Assembly: GCF_006345805.1 (NCBI RefSeq)
Contig: NC_043002.1
Span: 118,110,001-118,174,000, forward strand
Length of the DNA stretch: 64,000 nucleotides
Direction of reading: 5' to 3'
Origin: Octopus sinensis
Lineage: Eukaryota
Each line of letters starts with the position of its first letter. Position 1 is the stretch's first letter. Position numbers and translations under genes: made by a program. Positions 39,090-52,080 of the stretch are shown piece by piece. The notes below the pieces were generated by a model. It made no database searches, had not been told where the DNA came from, and saw nothing but the letters and a program-made list of their open reading frames with translations.

Positions 39090-40530
39090 TATATATCATC
39101 ATCATCGTTTAACATTTTCTTTCCATGCTGGCATGGGTTGGACAATTTGACTGAGGACTGGCAAACTAGTCTGATCTGGCAAGGTTTCTACAACTTGATG
39201 CCCTTCCTAACCCCAACCACTCCGAGAGTGTAGTGGGGTGGGTGCATAATATGGGCCCACTAGCATGCGGGCCAGTCAGGTGGCACTGGCATCAACCACA
39301 CTTAAAGGATGCTTTTTACATGCCACTGGCACTGGCATTGGCCTCTGTGACGCCCAACGTTCATAGGTTCTGCTTCACCACTTCATCCCATGTCTTCCTG
39401 GGTTTATCTCTTCCACAGGTTCCCTCACCTGTCAGGGTGCGACACTTCTTTATACAGTTGTTCTCATCCATATGTAACACATGACCATACCAGCACAGTC
39501 ATCTCTCTTGCACACCACATCTGATGCTTCTTATATCCAACTTTTCATTCAGGGTGCTTACACTCTGTTGTGTATGCACACTGACATTACACATCCAGCG
39601 GAGCATACTAGCTTCATTTCTTTCAAGCCTACACATGTCCTCAGCAGTCACAGCCCCTGTTTCACTGCCATGTAGCATGGCTGTTTGCACACAAGTGTCA
39701 TGCAGTGTACCTTTCACTCTGAGCAAGAGACCCTCTGTCAACAGCAGAAGTAGGAGCCCTCTGAACTTTGTCCAGGCTATTCTTATTCTAGCAGCTATGC
39801 TCTCAGAACATCCATTTGCACTACTGATTTAGTAAGTAATAAGTAATAGAAGCTATCAACTACTTCTAGTTTCTCCCCTGGCATGTGATGGAATCTGTTT
39901 TCTGTACATCTGTGGTGTTTATTGCCCCTCTGCATCTTCCACACACAAAAACTATCTTCCTTTCATATTGTTGCATCTCTTATGTGCCCCTAGCTTACAC
40001 CAGGTACATCTTATGGAGATTCTACCTATGCCTTTTTCTACAGATCAAGCAGGGTCATCTACCACAAGGGATTTGTGATTTATCTGCCTGCCTACTTACA
40101 AAGACTTTGGTTTTTGCTAGATTGACTCTAAGGCCCTTCAATTCTAGATCTTGCTTTCACACCTGAAACTTCTTCTCTAGTTCTGGTAGAGACTCAGCTG
40201 TTAGAGCAAGGTCATCAGCATAGATGAGCTCCCAGGGGCATCCTATCTTGAATTCCTCTGTTAGTGCTTGGAGGACTATGATGAATAAGAGAGGGCTGAG
40301 GGCTGAGGAATGATCCTTGGTGAACCCCTACTTCTACCCAGAATTCTCCACTATACTCGTTGCCAACCCTCACCTTACTGACAGCATCCCTGTACATGGC
40401 TTGTACAGCTCTCAATAACCACTCATCTATCCCTCGTTTCTGCATTGACTACCAAGTAAGGGATCGGGAGACCCTGTCAAAGGCTCTCTCCATGTCAACA
40501 AAAGCCAAGTACAGAGGTTTCTCTTTATAT
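39090..40530 (-). mobile_element. Fragmented RTE (RT, C-terminal and 3' UTR pieces)
   Basis: KPLYLAFVDMERAFDRV, GIDEWLLRAVQAMYRDAVSKVRVG, AMLHGSETGAVTAEDM. Confidence 0.88.
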
Positions 40531-40536
40531 ATATAA

Positions 40537-40573
<37 letters not shown>

Positions 40574-41746
40574 TTTGTATCTGTTTGTCCCCAGTGCTTG
40601 ATAACAGGTGTTCGTGTTTATGACCCCTTAACTTAGTGATTTGAAAAAAGAGATCAAAAGAAGAAGCACAGGGTTTAACAAACTGTAAGTACTGGCATTG
40701 ATCCATTCAACTAAAAATTCTTCAAGGCGGTGCCCCTGCTGGGCTGCAGTCTAATGACTGAAACAAGTAAAAGATAAAAGATATGTAGATGGCATTGCCA
40801 AGTTAAAGCACAAATTTCATTCAGTAGGGACTTAAGTGATTATATATATTAAATGCTTGTATCTGTTATTTTTGCAGTAAATAATATTCGATGTACAAGT
40901 TATTTTTTAAGATAAGATTTTAGTAATACTGAACAAAGACTTTGCCTTTCATCCTCTCTGGGTCACTATTATGAAGCGCTTTCTTCTCCCAAAGAATTCA
41001 CTAGGGCTGACCACACGTTGTTGACAATCCCTGATAATTGAAGGGTCAAGCGATATTTATCCAGACTAGTGCATTTATAAATACTTTTAGGAGCAACAAA
41101 AATCCTCCCCGAGTGATGAATGTTTGAACAGCAAACGCACGATGTGGACTAGTCTAAATAATGACGGTAATTGGGAAAACAAAATAGATAAATAAAAATA
41201 AAATGAATTAGAAAATAGCAGAGGAAAAAAACACGTACAGCATTAACTCCTTGAAACCACCCTAACTTCACTGGCACCACACAAAAAGCCGAATAAAATA
41301 TGGGAGGTTTTACTGCTGCATCCTGTAGAAGGAAGCTATTAAGTAGAACCATAGTAATGATAAAACAGTTATGTAAGGATCCTCAATGCAAAGAAGTTTA
41401 ATACAATAATACCTACAGAAATGACAGAACACTTTTCTGCCATTACAATTCTTCATTTTGAAGGGAGATAACTCTAGTCCAAATAATTTGTATGTAGTTA
41501 TTGTTCTTTACCTTTTTACTTTTAGTTTCGGCATCTGTTTATAGTTTAGTTCTCATCCAACAAACCCACGATTAAAGATAATTAAGTTGACGTTATGTTC
41601 TGAGTGCAAATTCTGCCGAGGTCAACTTTGCCTTTCATCCTTTCGGGGTCAATAAAATAAGTACCTGTTCAGCCCTGGAGTAGATGTTATGAACTTACCT
41701 CCCCTGAAATTGCTGGCCTTGTGCCAAAATTTGCAACTAATATTTA

Positions 41747-42981
41747 CGAGGGTCGGCTAAAAAGTTCATAGCCCTGACCAAATGAGGTTTATTTTTCAAC
41801 ATAGTCTCCCCCCACACTTCTTACATCGGTGTTGCGGTGCTTGGGTCCCATTGGTGAGGAAGCTTTCATCCTGTTGCTCAAAGAAAAAAGAAAAAAAAAA
41901 ATCATCTACAATAGATTATAACGTCACCATCACTGTGATACTGGTTCCCAGCCAAGTGTGTTTTCATGTTGGGGAATAGATGATAGTAAGATGGGACCAA
42001 ATAAGATGAATAGGGAGGATGATGAATCAGTTCAAAGCCAGTCACTTACAGCAGCCAATGAAACCAAGGAGAAACCAAGGATTTGTGTGCTGGGGCATTG
42101 TGCTGACAAAACAAAACCACCGCCATCAGTTTTCCCGAGCGTTTGGTTTAGTTAGCCTTTTGTAATTGCTTCAGCAGTTGGCATAGTACTCTCCATTAAT
42201 GGTATAATTCTTCTAAGCGTAAACACAATATCTTTTGCAACCCCAAAACCTGAGGCCATCATCTTCCTTGCAGATGAAACCACCTTGCACTTCTTTGGAG
42301 CAGGTGAAGAGAGATGTTTCCACTGCATGGATTGTCTCTTTGCCTCTGGCTCAACACTCATTCTGGAAATGTTCAAGGAAACCAGCTGTATCTGCCTCAA
42401 ACAATATCAGATTTTTCTGTAATGTGCACTTTTGATCAGGTGTCATGAGATATAAGAACACATTGCACAGAAACCTTTGCCATATCAAGTTCATTGTGCA
42501 GAATATTCTCAACTCTCTCACAGGATATGCTAATACCATTGGCTATTTGGTTTGTAGTCAATGGCCTATCCCCCATCAATATGTGGTTTACATGATCAAC
42601 GTTTTCCTCACTGGTCTAGACTTTGGTTCATCGTGAAGATTCTCTCTTCCCCTTCTAAATTCAGCTGCTCGCTTTTTCATCATGGAGAAAGCTGGAGCAT
42701 CATCCCTAATGTAGCAACCATGACAGCATGAATGTCCTTAGGGACTAAACCCTTTTTCTGATGGTACTTGATAATACCACAATGCGAAATTTTGCCCATT
42801 TTCAAGAGAAGTTGCCACTAGTTACTTATGAAATTTTCTTTGAACAGTCAGATGTTAGCTTAGTTGGAAACAAACAATGCAGTTATTAATAAGTAGGGAT
42901 GAAATTAATGCATATAAGATTTCCCAGCTCTAGTATCATTCCTTCATACTCAGCCTATGAACTTTTCAGCCCACCCTCATG
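41747..42981 (-). mobile_element. Mariner transposon (irritans/Himar-like), TA-flanked, decayed
   Basis: TIRs ta|cgagggtcggctaaaaagttcatagccctga and tcagcctatgaacttttcagcccaccctcatg|ta. Transposase piece EPEAKRQSMQWKHLSSPAPKKCKVVSSARKMMAS. Confidence 0.9.
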
Positions 42982-43913
42982 TATTATGAAATAAGACACT
43001 ATCTGTATCTTGCAACAGTATTTTCCAACAGTTCTGAAATCATCAACCCAAACTAGTTACCATGTCATATTTATGTGCACTGTTTCCACTGGGAAAGTGC
43101 CTAATATTTTTTGACCACATAACAGAAAACAAAAGTTCGACCTTCGCGTAACTCTTGGAACAGACAACTAAGTAACTATGGAGATCAGACCAATAAAACA
43201 TTGTACACGTGCAATATGAACAGACATTTTATATAGTTCAAATTCTTTGCACAATATCTATTCTCTAAGCAATGAGCTGGCAGAAACGTTAGCATGCCAG
43301 GCGAAATGCTTAGCGTTATTTTGTCGGTCTTTGTGTTGAGTTCAAATTCCGCTGAGGTCAACTTTGCCTTTCATCCTTTCAGAGTCAATAAATTAAGTAC
43401 CAGTTGCATACTGGGGTCAATATAATCGACTGGCCTCCTCCTCCCCCAAAATTTCAGGCTTTGTGCCTAGAGTGGAAAAGAATATCTATTCTCTGAAGAC
43501 TATCCAAACGTTATGAATGCATTTTGTTATGAATGCATTTTACTTTGTTTGTCATTGCACTACAATCATGTTGGGAACCAACTTGAGGGGTTTACTCAGA
43601 CAGATTGACCTCAGTATTTATCTTTTAAGACTGGCCCTTATTCTATTGGTCTCTTTCACCAAACTGATAAACTACTAAGTTACAGGGATGTAAATAAACC
43701 AATACTGATTGTCAAATAGTGGTGGACAAACATTATAAAGACACAATCATTATATATATATATATAAAAAATACCGTGCACATTTAAACACATGAGGAAT
43801 CCACTTGTGGTATTCAACATGCTAGAAAGAACAGCTAGGTTCTATAACCACAAAATTAGGGATAAAATCCGACAGGAACGAAATGAAAAAATAAAAACAT
43901 TTTACGATCTAGT

Positions 43914-43994
43914 TTCCTGGACCAATTAGTTTCTGATTTTAGTTTAGCAAGTAAATAACAAATACTCGCTAGATGAAATCATCCTCAGCAGGAA
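43914..43994 (-). ncRNA. Type I hammerhead ribozyme in a ~410-bp (TA)n-flanked element (43765-44175)
   Basis: TTCCTG CTGAGGA TGATTT [36 nt with a 9-bp hairpin] AAATCA GAAA CTAATTG GTC^ CAGGAA. Confidence 0.85.
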
Positions 43995-44196
43995 CACCTT
44001 GGGTTAAAAATATAAACACGAGGCAATCAAACTATGTTCAAACTATGATCAAACTTGTTTATACATCCTACACTGAATTTCATGACTAATACATAGTGTT
44101 TGGACTAAATTTTTACACGTTAGGTCACTGGAAATGAAAACTTTAATTAATTTCCATTTCCCTTTGATATAAGTATATATATATATATATATATAT

Positions 44197-44810
44197 AAAT
44201 TAACAATTGAGGATAAAATCTTTAAAAGAAATTATCAGTAGTCAGCGTGAAAAACCTCGTAAGAGAAAAAATCCGTAAATTCTTCCTCTTTGAAAATATT
44301 CATTTATATTATATTGAGGGTACTACTATTCGTAGATACCAACACGCTAAGAGGGACCAATGCGGTCAAAACTACTAAAAATAAACAAAATTTTACCGAA
44401 TGCAAAACTTCAAAACACATCATTTTAAAAAAGAATTCAGTTACATATCACATGTGATTTCGCATTTAATGCAGAATATGCATTTCATGTTCATCAGTGC
44501 AACAAACTCAAGAAATATAAGAGAAAAACATAACATTACAAGCTCGATAGCCAACCGTAGAATTCGTCGTAGCATGTCCGAATGTTTATCCTTACATATC
44601 TATGAAAATGGCGGGCTTATTCGCAATGCATTTCGGTAAACAAATTGTCTAGTCGGAATAAAAATTCAGTATTGAACTATTCCGGTGAAAAATATAAATT
44701 AACAATTGAGGATAAAATCTTTAAAAGAAATTATCAGTAGTCAGCGTGAAAAACCTCATAAGAGAAAAAATCCGTAAATTCTTCCTCTTTGAAAATATTC
44801 ATTTATATTG
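44197..44810 (-). mobile_element. Retrozyme-like / non-autonomous PLE: 500-bp monomer plus ~113-bp terminal direct repeat
   Basis: 44197-44310 recurs at 44697-44807 with one substitution. One HHR inside, no ORF, TA-rich flanks. Confidence 0.75.
44440..44503 (-). ncRNA. Type I hammerhead ribozyme with a 12-nt palindromic stem III
   Basis: GTTGCA CTGATGA ACATGAAATGCA TATTC TGCATTAAATGC GAAA TCACATGTGA TA^ TGTAAC. A.C mismatch at 10.1/11.1. Confidence 0.8.
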
Positions 44811-45447
44811 AATATATATTCATTATATATATACATACATACATACACACACACACATACGCATCAGTTTCCACTTACCAAATTCATCCTCAAGGCTTTA
44901 GACTGCCTGTGGCTATTAGTACAAGATACTAGCCCAAAGTGCCACAAAGTAAATCTGAAACCAGAGTCTGTGCATATGTTGAAACATAATCACAAATGGT
45001 AATATAAAAATAAAATAAGAGTAAAGGTGGAGAAAAAAAAACAAAGATCAACTTTCTTCTTAGCAATTTATTTGAAAACAATGAAATTTAACAATGATGA
45101 AGTAATGTCAGTAACAATATATTTCATAGGTTCTATAAATGACTTATAACAAATCAATTTGTTTGATGCTTTTCAACATAATTAAAAATGTCACATTCAA
45201 GCAATCAACCTTTTTTTCAAGTATTTAAAAGAAGAAGCAGAAAGTATATATTGTTTAAAAAGAAAAAAACAAGGCTTCATTTGCTAACTTAAAATAAAAA
45301 TGAAATCAAATAAAAACGTGAGTAGACATTGGTTGAAATAAATGTTTAAATTAAATCCACTTCATAAAAATGTATGACTGGTCAATATAATTTAATTGGA
45401 TCTAAAATTAAAAACACTTTTAACATGACACACATGTATAGATTGAT

Positions 45448-45494
<47 letters not shown>

Positions 45495-46791
45495 CAATTT
45501 ATAGAAATTTGCTTTTGCGAGAATTTCATAACCTCAAATTCACAAATATATGAAAATATTCTATAAATTTTGGCAGACCAATTCATAGGAGGATATGGAA
45601 TATGAGTTATCAAATGTACATTCTTAGATATATCAGAACTAAAATAGATCTTGAAGAAATAACTTGTATATCACAGTCTGGATGTTAAAAGATGTTAAAA
45701 TAAAGGAGAGTGTATATCTGATGGGTTTACATCAAATCAAAACGTATACCACACATATTTAGCAATTAAAGTATCATTTTAAGTTTCACAATCTCTCACC
45801 TTGGTTTTAATGTTTACATTATTAAATTGTTTAAAATTAATTTCGCTTTCTTTTAATAAAAAAAACAAACATATCACCTGAGAACTCTTTGGTACCTAAA
45901 TTGAAGATTGTCAGGAAATGCTATTAAAAAATATAAAATGTGATTATCTGATAATTAACTAAAATTACTTTAATGTATGTTTATTTACTAATTATCTTTA
46001 ATTATTATTAATATACAAGAGACTAATTCATCATGAAATTATTTCATAATATTTTAACATAATAAACTGAAGGACTTCAATGAAAGATAGTCTGCAAACT
46101 TGAGATAAATTCTAATTTCTGTGATGAATTATGAAGAATCTCTTCACAATATCATTTACTATCTAAAGAAATATTAATCATCTTAACATATTGTCTGAAA
46201 AGAAATTTCATATTTATCTTTTAAATTGTAAAAAAGTATTATTTACTAATTTTAAATATGAAAGTCTATACAGTATCTATACACACACACACATATACAT
46301 ATACACACATGTTTAAGAATGAACCATTTTTACAAGCTAAAAAAGAACAAAAGTGCTATCTAAAAATTCCTTAAAATATCTCAATGGACAAGAGAAAAAT
46401 ATATTTTGTTGAAGAGAAGGGCCAGAAAATTGGATTATCTTTTAATCCTTTTTAATATCAACATGACTGACCCCCCCCCCCGCTTCTTTAGTACAAACTT
46501 CCTGTTTTAAAATGACCTCATTTAAAACCTTCCAGTAAATTTTCATTTTATATTCCAGACACGAGGTTAACAATGATGTTATTTTATTAAATTTTCCAAT
46601 ATCTTTAATGCTAACTGATGGTAATGAAAGAGTTAACGATTCAAAAACATTCTATTTCTAAATTTCTTTGACTATTTAATGCAAGCAAAGTTTGTTGCCT
46701 TGACAGAAGAAGGCAATAACAAACAAGATTTATTTTTGACCTGTCCACTTCTCATTTTATCAACTAACCCTCCTTATATTTATATATAATG

Positions 46792-47118
46792 AAGGCGCAT
46801 GGCTCAGTGGTTAGAGCGCCGAACTTATGACCGTGAGGTGGTGAGTTCAATTTTTGGACCGGGCTGTGTGTTGTGTTCTTGAGCAAGACACTTTATTTCA
46901 TGTTGTTCCAGTTCACTCAGCTGTAGAAATGAGATGAGAAATCACTGATGCCAAGCTGTATTGGTCTTTGCCTTGGATAACATCAGTGACGTGGAGAGGG
47001 GAGGCTGGTATGCATGGGTGACTGCTGGTCTTCCATAAACCACCTTGCCCGGACTTGTGCCTTGAAGGGTAATTTTCTAGGTGCAATCCCATGGTCATTC
47101 TTGACCAAAGGGGGTCTC
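46792..47118 (+). mobile_element. tRNA-derived SINE family C with A and B boxes
   Basis: ggcgcatggctcagtggttagagcg (A box) ... gtgagttcaat (B box), followed by a non-tRNA body. Confidence 0.85.
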
Positions 47119-47823
47119 TGAATATATGGGTTTTTAAAGATATATTTTATCCTTCATTTAAGCAATTTCAAAGAATTTTTTGTTCAGTTTCCATTGGAAA
47201 ACATTAATTAATAAATTAGGTGAAATGTAGATCTTTCAGAAAAGGAGGAGAGTGATGTTAACAAAAATTTAAAATCATAACTTGAAAATAAAATATGTTA
47301 GTATTTCTTCCTCACATTCACACAGTTAAAGAAAATATGTATATACAGAAGATAATGATAATCAGCATATAATGTTTGACTTTCTTATAAATGAAAGCAA
47401 AGCCAAGTGTTTAATTAAATATATTTAAATAGGACAAACTCTTCATTGGAATATGGCAAATATGTTTAGAGGGGAGGTGTAGTTTGATAAACATCAACCC
47501 CAGTATATGCCCGGTATTTGTATTATCAATCTTAGAGGAATGAAAGACAACATTGAGTTCAGTAAGATTTGAATTTGAGACATGAATACCAATTGTGAGT
47601 TTATCTTTTTGTTGCTAGTCATAAATACTGGTGGAAACAAGACAATTTTTCTGAACTACCATTTTGTTTGCAGGAAATTACAGCCAAACAATAATATGTT
47701 TTTGCCGATTAAATTGTTACTTTAATATAGATTTCTATTTAGGTATAATTACAGAGGATTAGATTGTGGAGTGTTCAGGATCTCTGCATAAATCACATTG
47801 TTGCTACAATACAGCAATCTATC

Positions 47824-47893
<70 letters not shown>

Positions 47894-50800
47894 ACTGTAA
47901 GATATCAGAAGTATTTTTGAAAACATCTTTAGGTAATAATTAGATTTAAATGATGTAACCGAAATGAAAATCTTTTCTTTTACTCACATATTTTATATAT
48001 AAATATATATATATATATATTTTATATATATATATATATTGTCATCATTGCTTGACATTTGTTTTCCATGCTCGCAATGGTTGGACCATTTTCCATGGCT
48101 CTCAAAATTATTATAAATCAGAAACCACTATTACCTATCAATTGCTAGCAAGGATGCACTAGGGATATGTTCATGTGGTGTGAAAAGTCTACCAGACAAT
48201 AGAGAGGGATTAAAACTAATGCTAATGGCATGTGTGCACATACACTCACATGAATGCTATTGATATATACACACATACAAAAATAACAATTAGCTGTGTC
48301 TGAGAGTGGGGTAGGTGTATATATATGTGCACATGCAATTAGCATTCGTATGTGTGTATGTTTATGCCAACTATATAATATCAAGTATTTCTTAAATTAT
48401 TTTATTATTGAAACAGAGTTTGGAGTGTGTCAGTGGACAATGATCATCGCATATGACAACAAGGACTGAGTCGAGAAAAGCAGAGAAGATTGGGGAAAGG
48501 CTAAAGAGAAGAAACAAGAAGTAGGAAGAAAGAGAGGAGAGTGAAGAATGAGGAGAAGCGTTAATCAGGAGGAAAGGAAGAAATGAAAGTAGGTGTTGTA
48601 AGATGAACAACGAATCTGAAGCTAATAGAGAAAGTATGAGAATTGCTAATCAAGAAAGCAGGTACAATATCAACAAAGATGACAGGTAAGAATATTTTGC
48701 ATAAGCCAGAAAACAAAAAAAAAAAACAAATTTCCAAGAAATTAATTGAAGTTATTTATGAAGGCAATGGCAGGATATTATTATTGAATGGGGAAATGTT
48801 TATGCCAGACATTGAACCACAAAATGGGTCGTGCAATTTCCATGGGTATAACTAATTACTATTATTATTATTAAAGTTCTTGTACTCATCTAAGTTGTTA
48901 CCTTAACTCAGCTCTATTATTTTTCTTTTGTCTACATTTACAAAATTTCAATTTCAAATTACATTTCTTGAAAATTAATGTTTTAACTAAAAGTGTTGCG
49001 CTACTTTAGCTAATTTTCAATATAGAAAGCTTAGCAGATGTTTTTGTGATATGATTCCAGTTAAACAGAAGAAAATATCAGTGGTCTTCAATTCAAAATA
49101 TAACATTAAGTTCAAGAAGCTATTCCTAATCTGAAATAAATACCATCTACAAGTATAAAGTAATTATGATAACCAATTCCATTAAAAAGTGAAACTAAAC
49201 TTAAGAATATCAAAGAAAATCCTCTTTTGGCGATTTAAACCAGAGAAAACTTCTTTTGCAGCATTCTTCAGTTATACAGTTAGTTTCTATGAAAACAATA
49301 TTTCACTACGTATTTCTAAAAACCAATTTTTAGAGGATTTTATTTGTGTATGACAATAACAACTATTTCTAGATTTGTTTACATAATCGTATGAAATCCT
49401 GTGTGTAAAATACAAATTTGCAAAAGTTTCTGAAAACTCAAAAGAATAAAAAAGTTACGAGTGTCATGCATAATTCATTTGTTTACGGTTTCATATAAAG
49501 ACACAAGCGCTATTTTTAGGACAATGACAAAATATGCATTCATGCACAAAATGACAGCTTCCAAATCCTGTTTCCTGACTGATCAAACTTTAAACCTCTA
49601 TAACTTTTTAAAAATATTTTTCTGGTAAAAGTGAAATAACTCCAGCAATTCAGCTTGGAAAACTACATTAATATACCAAATTTTAAAATTTTCAATAAAT
49701 TTTGATTTTTGAAATCTTGGCAGCCAAACAGAAAAGATTCCTGGTATTCAACTTAGTAACTTCACAACTTTTAATCTTGTAACATTTCCTGTTTAAAATA
49801 TTTATAGCTAGACTATATTACCACTTGGAGTTTGAAAATGATTTAGCTTATTTTAAGAGTAGGATTTAAAGATAAAATGCAGAACAAAATGTTATGTTTG
49901 TAAAGTAATAAAAATAAAAAATAAAATCAAATAAAAGAGAAAGCAACTATATAAAAAACAGCAACATTTTACAAAAAATAATCTAATAAAAATTTGGAAT
50001 TACTAAGAACTCCTCTTAGTATCTCAAAATAACTGTTTTGATTAAAATTAAAACCTAATTAATATTCATTATATTTTTTGAGGAAAAATAATAAAAATTA
50101 TAAGTATATTCACCAAAGGATATACACGACAGTAAAATTATATAAAAGTATCTAAAAACAATTAACAATGAAAGACTTTGTATACACGAATGGTATAAAA
50201 TACATACATACATCTTTAGTACATGTGTGATATATATATGTACAGACACACAATATATACACATATCCATACATACTACATATTTACACAAACATACACA
50301 GGAGACACTGCAACTTCACATAACATTTAAGGATTTTTAATTGAAAAATAAAGATGGAAAAATTTTTTTTTTAATTTTGAAAGATGATGTCAATGTAATT
50401 TATAGATGGAAAGATTACAATCAACCGCTGCAACCTGTTCATGTTTTACATTCTTAATTTACGTTGGTTTGAAAAAAAAGTGATCTCACTAAATAAAACC
50501 AGAGATTCTGATTTTCTATGAAAACAGCTATGATTCATAAGGCAGGATAGAAATCAATAAATTTCCTCTTTCCAAGAATTTGTAATTGAAATAAATGAAA
50601 TAGCATTTTTCATTAATAAATGAAAGTTTATACACTATATATGACTAGACATAAAAAAAAGTGCTTTAACTGAAAAGCTAGCTAAATCAAAACCAGAAAG
50701 CCTGAGAAAGTACTTTGGAAACAGTATGTGTGTGTGTATATATACATATATAATATATATAAAATACCCACATACACTCTATACACTTATAAACAATAGC

Positions 50801-51419
50801 TAAAAATAAAGCATTCCAAATAAGTTATGAAAGCTGATAATTAATCACACTGCCTGAAAAGTATTCTGATCAACATAGCATTTGTCCAACTGAAAGACAG
50901 AGTATGCCAGTGCTGGAGAGCAGCATTTGTTTTATTTAGGTCTTTGTGAAGCTATTATCCAATACCAACAGTTTCAAAAATAGACACACACACACACTTT
51001 TCATGCACGTTACTCGTGAATAAAATTCAAATATTTTCTTTGCTTTCGCTCACCAAAGAAAAGAATTGAAGTGGAACAAATCCAAATACCTATTTTGTTT
51101 TCTTAATAACGAGCAGTAATTTTCTTTCAGAATAATTCCTGAAGGTAAAGTCTTTATTGAATGCAGTTTAGGGATTTTTTTAAAAAAAAAACCCTGATTT
51201 GAAAATTTTTTAATGAAAATTTAAAGCATTTTCTCTTATCTGAGTACCGATGTTTTAAAATTTCAAGATAAAGGAGAGAATGAAGAAATGCTGAAAATGA
51301 GTAAATTTGGAGGGCTATTTTTTGGTATGTGCTGCAGTTGTGTTGAAGTTAGAGATGTTGGTATCATTGTCTCAACATTATTCATGGTGAAAATAAAGAT
51401 AAAATAAAGACCATTTTAA

Positions 51420-51536
51420 TCACTGGTTGATTTCAAGTAAAGACTGGTTCTTCTCTAATATCTTAAGGATGATTTTATCAACATACTTCTTGAGGCGATC
51501 ATTGACATCTTGCTGTTCTTTCAAAGCATTCATTAG
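51420..51536 (-). CDS. RAB11FIP4: Terminal coding exon of Rab11 family-interacting protein (class II, FIP3/FIP4/nuf-like); Rab11-binding domain
   Basis: Acceptor ttttatttcag, then LMNALKEQQDVNDRLKKYVDKIILKILEKNQSLLEINQ*. This matches the FIP-RBD C-terminus (FIP4 LMEALKEQEEINFRLRQYMDKIILAILDHNPSILEIKH, recalled). FIP3 versus FIP4 cannot be resolved; probably a single pro-orthologue. Confidence 0.93.
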   Translation of the reverse strand, partial: LMNALKEQQDVNDRLKKYVDKIILKILEKNQSLLEINQ

Positions 51537-51960
51537 CTGAAATAAAATTAAACCATACAATGTAAACAGTATAAAAATTGTTAATACCAAATGGTATTTG
51601 CTAGGTCTTGCCAAACACACACACATATATATACTGATTTCATATTTCGGTACAAAGCCAGTAATTTCAAGGGAAGTGGGTTAGTCAATTACATCGAGCC
51701 CCAGTACTCAATTGGTACTTATTTTATTGAGTCTGAAAGGATGAAGGGCAAAGCTGACCTTGGTGGAATCTGAACTCAGAACATGAAGACAGATGAAATT
51801 CCATTAAGCATTTTACCTGGTGTGCTAACAATTCTACCAGTGCACTGCCTTTATCTCTCTATATATGCCCAGTTATAATAAAAACAATTTTACCTTAAAC
51901 TAAAGGATTACTCATTAGCTTTTGTATAATACATGTTTATCATTCTTTAAATAATAGGGT

Positions 51961-52070
51961 TGATAGTGATTTTGAAGTTTTGGCCTGCTTAACCTTCACT
52001 GGACTCAGATGAAGGCCAAAACTTCACCTTCACTGGACTCAGATGAAGGCCAAAACTTCAAAGTCAGTGA
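51961..52070. repeat. Inverted repeat (tgaagttttggcc / ggccaaaacttca) with an internal 34-bp tandem duplication; decayed HHR-like
   Basis: 34-bp unit at 51993-52026 and 52027-52060. Confidence 0.8.
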
Positions 52071-52080
52071 CAACACTATA

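Noticed and set aside
44600-44660. Second HHR-like arrangement (ttattc...gaaatgcatt...gaataa)
   Set aside because: No recognisable CUGANGA core or stem II.
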